This document shows positions 58,264 through 64,000 of a stretch of 64,000 nt of DNA, in pieces (position 1 is the first letter of the stretch; each line of letters starts with the position of its first letter). A program made the position numbers and the translations under genes. The notes below the pieces were generated by a model that was not told the origin of the DNA, did not search any database, and saw nothing but the letters and a program-made list of their open reading frames with translations. The DNA comes from Patescibacteria group bacterium. GTDB lineage: Bacteria; Patescibacteriota; Minisyncoccia; Phycocordibacterales; JACOZG01. The DNA lies in the NCBI GenBank assembly GCA_038065495.1, contig JBBTQW010000001.1, forward strand, positions 44,137-108,136, in the 5' to 3' direction.

Positions 58264-58496
58264 CCGGTAATAATACTTAATTTAATATTGCCTAACCAGC
58301 TACTGTTCTCGCTCACAATTGCCACCGTGCTGGTGCTGGTTTCTACAGCCGGAGCTGGCGCCAGAGACCAACGCCAAGACAAGAGCCAGATTAGCACGAT
58401 CAAGAGCGTGATCAAAGTGGTGCTCCACCAGAGGATCGCCCGCCTCTTCTCCTCCGGCTCTTGTCGCAATTTCTCAATGTAATCCCAGAAAGCCAT
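58239..58496 (-). CDS. Small single-TM hypothetical protein
   Basis: [13 protein letters not shown] followed by a TM helix. Confidence 0.6.
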   Translation of the reverse strand: MAFWDYIEKLRQEPEEKRRAILWWSTTLITLLIVLIWLLSWRWSLAPAPAVETSTSTVAIVSENSSWLGNIKLSIITGWQSLKQN

Positions 58497-58539
58497 GAAA
58501 GTTATTTAGTAATTTAGTGAGGAGTTAGTTAGTTGAAAA

Positions 58540-59160
58540 TTAGAACGACTTGATGACCACCACATCGCCAGCTTTCTCGCTTAATTCTTTCTTCTTCACT
58601 GTCCAGCTTTCCACTGCTTCCAGTTTTTCCTCACCCATTTCTTTCAAGAACAGCGCCAAGCTAGAACTAGAAAAATTAACTGGCACAATGACTCTTGGCT
58701 CTAGTTTAGTCGCCAATTTCGCCGCTCCTTTCGGCCCCAAGCCACCCTCGGCCGGCTCAGCGAGTGGCGCAAAGAGAATGTCGATTGTCCCCAAGGCTTC
58801 CACTGTTTCGTTACTCAATTCTGCCTCGGCTAGCGCGCCCAAGTGCACCAGCCGTGCGCCCTCCAGCTGGAGCAAATAAACGGTATTAATTTTCTGCCCC
58901 GGACCAATAGTCGCAAAACCGCGAATCAAATTGCCTTCCACCTCATATTCGCCCGGGCCGTCGATCACAAACGGCACGCGATCGGCGCGCGAGACTTGCT
59001 CCACGCCGGCATAGCCAGCGTCAGAGAGCGAGACCAGCGCCAAGTCGGCGCCAAACTTGACCACTTCCTGATCAGCGCCTTTCCCAATCGGATTAAAAGC
59101 GACGACCCAGTCGCCTTGCTGGATCTTGACCATGCCTAAGCCGTAATGACTGATTATCAT
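58540..59160 (-). CDS. MBL-fold (lactamase B_3-like) protein lacking the usual His motif
   Basis: IDGPGEYEV, HLGAL, IDILF, LEPRVIVP; no HxHxDH. Confidence 0.7.
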   Translation of the reverse strand: MIISHYGLGMVKIQQGDWVVAFNPIGKGADQEVVKFGADLALVSLSDAGYAGVEQVSRADRVPFVIDGPGEYEVEGNLIRGFATIGPGQKINTVYLLQLEGARLVHLGALAEAELSNETVEALGTIDILFAPLAEPAEGGLGPKGAAKLATKLEPRVIVPVNFSSSSLALFLKEMGEEKLEAVESWTVKKKELSEKAGDVVVIKSF

Positions 59161-59183
59161 GATTTAATTTAGTGGCTTAATTA

Positions 59184-59219
59184 TAGCAAAAATCTCGCTA
59201 AGAGTGAAGCGAGATTTTT
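59184..59219. repeat. Direct repeat copy B (terminator hairpin overlapping the next -10 box)
   Basis: tagcaaaaatctcgctaagagtgaagcgagattttt; 34 of 36 identical to 62991-63026. Confidence 0.85.
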
Positions 59220-59284
59220 AAGAAAATAAAAAACGGCGCACGTGGTTCTTTGGGAACCAAATGCACCGTTTAAGGACGAACATG

Positions 59285-59614
59285 CTAGGGCTTGCAAAGT
59301 AGGCCATTAAAGACTTCGTCTTCAATGTAACCGACAACCTCTGCATCATCTGTCATTGCCTTGAGAACGTCGTCCAGACGCTCGGATAAGAGCTCGCCGG
59401 CACTCGCACCGTGTTTTGACAAAAAGTGCGTGAAGCCAAAACCGATCAGCACACCGAGCGCATGTGCGCTTTTAACCGTGTCCACCCTATCGAGAATGTG
59501 TGAGAAAAAATCATCCACCACACACCTCGCTCGACTGATTTTTGTCAAACGCGTCCTTAATGCCTCTTTCTCAGGCAAACTAACTTCTCTCAGCGCAATA
59601 GAAACTTCAGCCAT
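59285..59614 (-). CDS. Orphan hypothetical protein (cassette type)
   Basis: SD AGGAG, TTGACG-N18-TATACT, leader GGACCTTGAAAG, terminator at about 59228-59271. Confidence 0.6.
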   Translation of the reverse strand: MAEVSIALREVSLPEKEALRTRLTKISRARCVVDDFFSHILDRVDTVKSAHALGVLIGFGFTHFLSKHGASAGELLSERLDDVLKAMTDDAEVVGYIEDEVFNGLLCKP

Positions 59615-59761
59615 AATAAACTCTCCTGCTTGCTGACACTATTTAACTTTCAAGGTCCGGTGGACAACACGTCCACCATCCAACATTGAGTATAGCATAA
59701 TAACCCCACGACCGTCAAGTGGCAAGACGCGATATAAAATAAGCCTAAAATAAGGCGATTT

Positions 59762-60820
59762 TTAGAAGCTCAGAACCTTGAGATACTGGCTGGAATTTAC
59801 CTCACCCGCAGAGTCGAATTGATAAGACGAAACCTGTCCGGTAATACCAGCTAAGATTTTGGCTTTTAGTTGTTCAATCGATAAGTCTTGAGCGTAGAAA
59901 GTATCGAGAATTCCAAACAAATCAAAAGTAATCGAATCATAGAACGGATATTGCGAGTCTTTGCCATATTTTGCTTTGTAGTCACTCACATATTTCTCGT
60001 AACCGGCTGTATCCAGAGACGCCTTCCAACACACGCCATGCAAACCGTAATCAGCTGGCTTGAAGGGGTAATCGCAAGTGTTCACTTCGCTAATAATTTC
60101 TGGCTTAAAGCTCTGAACTTGCATTTCCTTCAGCACCAGTTGCGCCGCTTTATCACTCGTAGGCACAAAGAGTAATGTATCAATGCCGGAGAATTTTAGT
60201 TTAGTAACTTGCGTGCGATAAGTGTTGTCATTGGCATTATATTTTTCTGTCGTCAAGATTTTGCTACCAAGATTTTCTTGCAAAAGATTGGCCAGCGACT
60301 GGGCATAATCTTGTTCTTCGTGCAAGAGACCGATCTTTTTGTTTTCTGGGATAGTCTTGATATGCTCCACCATTGCCTCGCCCACCGAGAGCGCGTCGGG
60401 AATAAATCTGATCACTTCTGTGCCAGTTTTTCTAATTTCGGCCGAGCCAGCGTAAGCGGTTAGGATTAGATCGCCATTTTGTTGAGCGAGCGGTGCGAGG
60501 GCCATCACACTGCCGCTACATGCAACGTAGAAAATCCTGACGTTTTCTAATTTTAATTTCTGGTAAGCTGAGATCGCTTTTTTAGCATCACATGGATCGT
60601 CTTCAAACATTGGGAGAATATTCTGATAAGTTTGGAGATTAATTGCATTCTTAATCGGCTCACCCATCGAGGCCACTGCTCCGCTCAGCGGGATAATCAC
60701 ACCAATCTTCACCGGTCGTTCTAGTTTTACGGCATTATCTGCCTCTGGATTTTTAGAAGCCAAAACAGCAATACCAATAACAACCACAATAACCACCAAC
60801 CAAATTATTACTTTTTTCAT
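59762..60820 (-). CDS. LivK/LivJ-like substrate-binding protein (paralogue 5)
   Basis: VKIGVIIPLSG, FEDDPCD, FDSAGE. Confidence 0.8.
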   Translation of the reverse strand: MKKVIIWLVVIVVVIGIAVLASKNPEADNAVKLERPVKIGVIIPLSGAVASMGEPIKNAINLQTYQNILPMFEDDPCDAKKAISAYQKLKLENVRIFYVACSGSVMALAPLAQQNGDLILTAYAGSAEIRKTGTEVIRFIPDALSVGEAMVEHIKTIPENKKIGLLHEEQDYAQSLANLLQENLGSKILTTEKYNANDNTYRTQVTKLKFSGIDTLLFVPTSDKAAQLVLKEMQVQSFKPEIISEVNTCDYPFKPADYGLHGVCWKASLDTAGYEKYVSDYKAKYGKDSQYPFYDSITFDLFGILDTFYAQDLSIEQLKAKILAGITGQVSSYQFDSAGEVNSSQYLKVLSF

Positions 60821-60826
60821 GTTTAA

Positions 60827-61951
60827 TTAATTTTCTAGTTTCACAAATTGACCGTCCTTAACAATCTTGAACAAAGTTGGCTTAGAAGCAACGCCATTTT
60901 CGTCAATACTAATGTTGCCACTCACGCCGTGATAATATTTGATCTTGTGCAATTCTGTTTTGATACACTCAACGTCTTCGCCACATACTAGATAAGCCGC
61001 AACTTCCAGATGTAGAGCGTCATAAGCATTGGAAGCAAAGACATCAGGAAAAACTCCGTATAGCTGCTTAAAGTGATCACGGAAGCCGTTGCTGTCGTCG
61101 CCCAAGATAGCTGGGTCAGCAGATGAGATAATAAAACCTTCAGCAGTTTTGCCAGCCACACTAAGAACAACCGGATCCTCGTTCTGATAATTACCAACCA
61201 GTGGTGTTTGAATGTCTAATTCTTTGGTTTGCTTGATGATCGTTCCTAATGCGCCAGTTAGTTGGGTCACAAAAATCACATCCGGTTTTGCCGCTTTAAT
61301 TTTTGTCAGATTGGTTCTGAAGTCGTTAGTGTCGAGAGAAGTCATCTCGTCAGCCACCACTTGACCACCGAGTTCCGTAAATCTAGCCCCAATATATTTC
61401 CGGTAATCTTTGCCAAACTGCGTATTGTAATAAATAAAAGCCGCTTTTTTGGCTTTCAAATTATTAACCGTAAAATCAGCAATCGTTTTAGCATTATCTC
61501 TGACTAAGAAATTAGTGGAGAAGTAATAATTTTTCCCTAACAAATCATCAACGTTCGCCGCAACACCCATGCTGATAATTTTGTTTGGCTCGGTAATTGC
61601 AATAGACGGAACCAAACCAATCGCGCAAAATTGATTAATAGTTTTTACTTTATCAATATTAATCAGTTTCTGGACCGCCGAAGTAATATCTTTTGGTAGG
61701 CAAGCATCTTCGTAAACAAGATTTATCGCTAAATCTTTCTTTCCACTCTCGAGATCTTTTTTAGCGAGATCAAAACCACGTTTGATATTCTCACCAATTG
61801 AGGCGTAGTTGCCTGTCAGTGGAATAGCAATGCCAATCTTGATCACCTCACCACTTTTCACATCACTATTTTCTGTTTTATTTTTACTCGCAAAAACGAC
61901 GATGAAAATTATTGCGAGAATTATTACTAGCCAAATTATTACTTTTTTCAT
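60827..61951 (-). CDS. LivK/LivJ-like substrate-binding protein (paralogue 6)
   Basis: IKIGIAIPLTG, YEDAC, DFRTNLTKIK, AYDA. Confidence 0.82.
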   Translation of the reverse strand: MKKVIIWLVIILAIIFIVVFASKNKTENSDVKSGEVIKIGIAIPLTGNYASIGENIKRGFDLAKKDLESGKKDLAINLVYEDACLPKDITSAVQKLINIDKVKTINQFCAIGLVPSIAITEPNKIISMGVAANVDDLLGKNYYFSTNFLVRDNAKTIADFTVNNLKAKKAAFIYYNTQFGKDYRKYIGARFTELGGQVVADEMTSLDTNDFRTNLTKIKAAKPDVIFVTQLTGALGTIIKQTKELDIQTPLVGNYQNEDPVVLSVAGKTAEGFIISSADPAILGDDSNGFRDHFKQLYGVFPDVFASNAYDALHLEVAAYLVCGEDVECIKTELHKIKYYHGVSGNISIDENGVASKPTLFKIVKDGQFVKLEN

Positions 61952-61975
61952 GATTAATTAATTTAGAATAACTTA

Positions 61976-62977
61976 TTACAATTTAACCGGCACACCATCT
62001 TTAATTTGCTTCAAGATCAGATCGCGCTGGTACACGCCACTGTCATTAAATTTACTGGACGAAATTAATTTATCTTTCACACACTCATAATCACCAGCGC
62101 AGGCAACCACGTTATCTGTTAGCAAAGCCGTGGCTTCTCGGGTTAAGCCAAAAACGGCGGCTTCAGCGTCAGCCATGCCGGCTGGGTAAGAATAGAAAAC
62201 GTCAGAGACGAGCGCGCGCACGGCTGGCAGTTCCACCACATAAGTAGAGAAAACGGGAACAGCCACTTTCTGCTGGCGCAATTTACTGAGACCACTGGCA
62301 AAGAAGAAGGAGATATCTGGCGAATAAATTGCATCCACTTTGGCGAGATTAATCTTGGCTATTTCGGTCGAGACATCGCTGGAATCGTCCAGCAATTTGC
62401 TCTCAATCACGATTTTGCCTTTGAAGGCCGCGCGGAAAGCATCCGCATGCGCTTGAGAAAAGGCGTTGCCGTAACTAATTAACGCCACATTCTTGTAACC
62501 CAATTCATACATTTTGTTGGCAATAAACGTTGATTCATCTTGAAGCGAATACTGGATGTTGAAGAAATTGTTACCACTTTTCTGATACAAATCAGCCGAA
62601 GCGGCAGCCGGCACCAGAGCCAAGATTTTCTGATTATTAAGCAATGGCACGATCGCCTCTTGTGGCGAGCCACAAGCCGGGCCAATCAAAAAAGAGATTT
62701 TCTGAAAGCCGGTTAACTTCTGGAAAGCCGAAACCGCTTCCTTGGGATCACATTTGTCGTCTTCGTAAACTAACTCAACATTTTTCCCAGCCGCTCCGGC
62801 CATCGCGCCTTTCCTAATTTCTTCACCGTAATCGGCCACCACTCCAGTCAGTGGTGCAATTACGCCGATCTTGATTGGCTCACTGGCCACTGGCGCAACT
62901 GGCTTCTTGCTCATCCACACCCCGCCGATTATCAAAACTAAGATAATTATTATTGCCCAAATTGTTGATTTATTCAT
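61976..62977 (-). CDS. LivK/LivJ-like substrate-binding protein (paralogue 7)
   Basis: IKIGVIAPLTG, YEDDKCD, IGPAC. Confidence 0.82.
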   Translation of the reverse strand: MNKSTIWAIIIILVLIIGGVWMSKKPVAPVASEPIKIGVIAPLTGVVADYGEEIRKGAMAGAAGKNVELVYEDDKCDPKEAVSAFQKLTGFQKISFLIGPACGSPQEAIVPLLNNQKILALVPAAASADLYQKSGNNFFNIQYSLQDESTFIANKMYELGYKNVALISYGNAFSQAHADAFRAAFKGKIVIESKLLDDSSDVSTEIAKINLAKVDAIYSPDISFFFASGLSKLRQQKVAVPVFSTYVVELPAVRALVSDVFYSYPAGMADAEAAVFGLTREATALLTDNVVACAGDYECVKDKLISSSKFNDSGVYQRDLILKQIKDGVPVKL

Positions 62978-62990
62978 GATTTACCCACAG

Positions 62991-63026
62991 TAGCAAAAAA
63001 CTCGCTAAGAGTGAAGCGAGTTTTTT
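62991..63026. repeat. Direct repeat copy A (terminator hairpin)
   Basis: tagcaaaaaactcgctaagagtgaagcgagtttttt. Confidence 0.85.
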
Positions 63027-63053
63027 GTGAGAAACAGAATCAGTTAGCCAGAT

Positions 63054-63881
63054 CTACGGATAACCAGTACCCGTCTTCATACAAGTGTAAGTGTCTGGAA
63101 TATTGTAAGCGTTGGTGCCCACCACAGTGTAAGCATAACCGGTTGGGCAACCTGGGAATGGCACACCCTTACAAGGGAAGCTATTGAGCGTAATAAACCC
63201 AGCGGTGTGCTGGATTCCACACCAGGCACCAGACTGATTACCGTCATTGGTGCAACGGAACTCGTCTGTGCCGCCGCCCACACAGAGACCCTTGCTCGCC
63301 ACGATTGTGTCGTCAGCCCGGATATTACCGGCCACGTGTAGCTTGTCTTGGCTGTATGGACTCTCGATGCCAATACCCACATTGCCGTTCATAATCGTCA
63401 CCGGACCATCGGCATAGATCGCGCGGTTGGCACTGCCCGCACCGCCGCCGCTCTTAACCCACAGCGCGCTCCAGAAGCCGTTCCAGTTCTTGATACCCGA
63501 GAGCTCGGTACCGGTGAGTGTGCCGCCACCCGGATACCAGACGCGGAAGTTGTAGTCATTCGCGCCGCCGTGATTGCCATTGATAATCGCGCCTGTGAGA
63601 GTGGTAAAGTCGCCGGCATTGCCACTGACAGCATTATAGCCAGCCGGTAACTGACTCGCCGGTGTGGCCGGTGGCGGTGTGTAGCCGCCGGTACTACCAG
63701 ACGTATTGCCACCATATTGCGCCGCTAAGCCAAGCAACCAAGCATTAATCCCATCAATTGTGGACTGGCTGGCGCCAGAAACGCTGGACGGATAAGTTTG
63801 CGCTTGCGCTAACTGTGTAGCCAGCACCGCGCCAGAGACCACAAATAACAAAACAAAAAGACTAATAACTAATTTTTTCAT
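63054..63881 (-). CDS. Secreted Gly-rich fibre/adhesin-like protein
   Basis: Signal AQA|Q, GNVGIG...KLHVAGNI stalk motif, Cys-rich C-terminal domain (WCG...CPTGY...TCMK). Confidence 0.65.
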   Translation of the reverse strand: MKKLVISLFVLLFVVSGAVLATQLAQAQTYPSSVSGASQSTIDGINAWLLGLAAQYGGNTSGSTGGYTPPPATPASQLPAGYNAVSGNAGDFTTLTGAIINGNHGGANDYNFRVWYPGGGTLTGTELSGIKNWNGFWSALWVKSGGGAGSANRAIYADGPVTIMNGNVGIGIESPYSQDKLHVAGNIRADDTIVASKGLCVGGGTDEFRCTNDGNQSGAWCGIQHTAGFITLNSFPCKGVPFPGCPTGYAYTVVGTNAYNIPDTYTCMKTGTGYP

Positions 63882-64000
63882 GAATAATTTTAAACTAATA
63901 ATTTCGACACTATTTCACACTAATTTAGTATACTCGATTATTATACTTGATTAAAGTAAAGGAATCTATATAATGTCTGTCTATGACAAATTTGACCAAA

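Noticed and set aside
1-64000. CRISPR array, prophage, DGR or reassigned genetic code
   Set aside because: No regularly spaced repeats and no cas, reverse transcriptase, integrase or phage structural genes were seen; TGA ends intact genes such as dprA and core ORFs are uninterrupted in code 11.
63983-64000. Possible gene start (TATAAT-N8-ATG) at the right edge
   Set aside because: Only six codons are visible, too few to call.

Overview
A 64-kb chromosomal segment that looks like a Patescibacteria (CPR, Parcubacteria-type) genome using the standard code. The taxon is inferred from compact housekeeping genes, near-leaderless starts, a VirB2/TrbC-like pilin array and a membrane-anchored Clp ATPase. 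Housekeeping genes include a UvrD-nuclease fusion, dnaX, dus, ftsQ-like, serS, dprA, topA, parB, miaA, dsbA/VKOR, rpmG, clpB, sodA, iscS, infB, rbfA and gyrA. There are nine tRNAs and a Liv-type ABC transporter with seven binding-protein paralogues, next to pepF. No CRISPR, rRNA, integrase or transposase was seen. The most striking unexplained signals are: (1) about a dozen self-contained orphan-gene cassettes wedged between housekeeping genes, most with a sigma70 promoter, an rRNA-type boxA-like 12-mer, a Shine-Dalgarno and a terminator, whereas housekeeping genes are near-leaderless; (2) two unannotated, highly structured RNAs (28044-28215 and about 54896-55072), the second with GNRA tetraloops and a 19-nt loop-to-downstream pairing; (3) an ECF-sigma/PAS islet whose three genes share a (T/G)GTAAT-N16-CG(T/G)C promoter; (4) a 3.8-kb binding-protein block bounded by a duplicated terminator. 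Everything was read by eye; no searches or folding programs were run.
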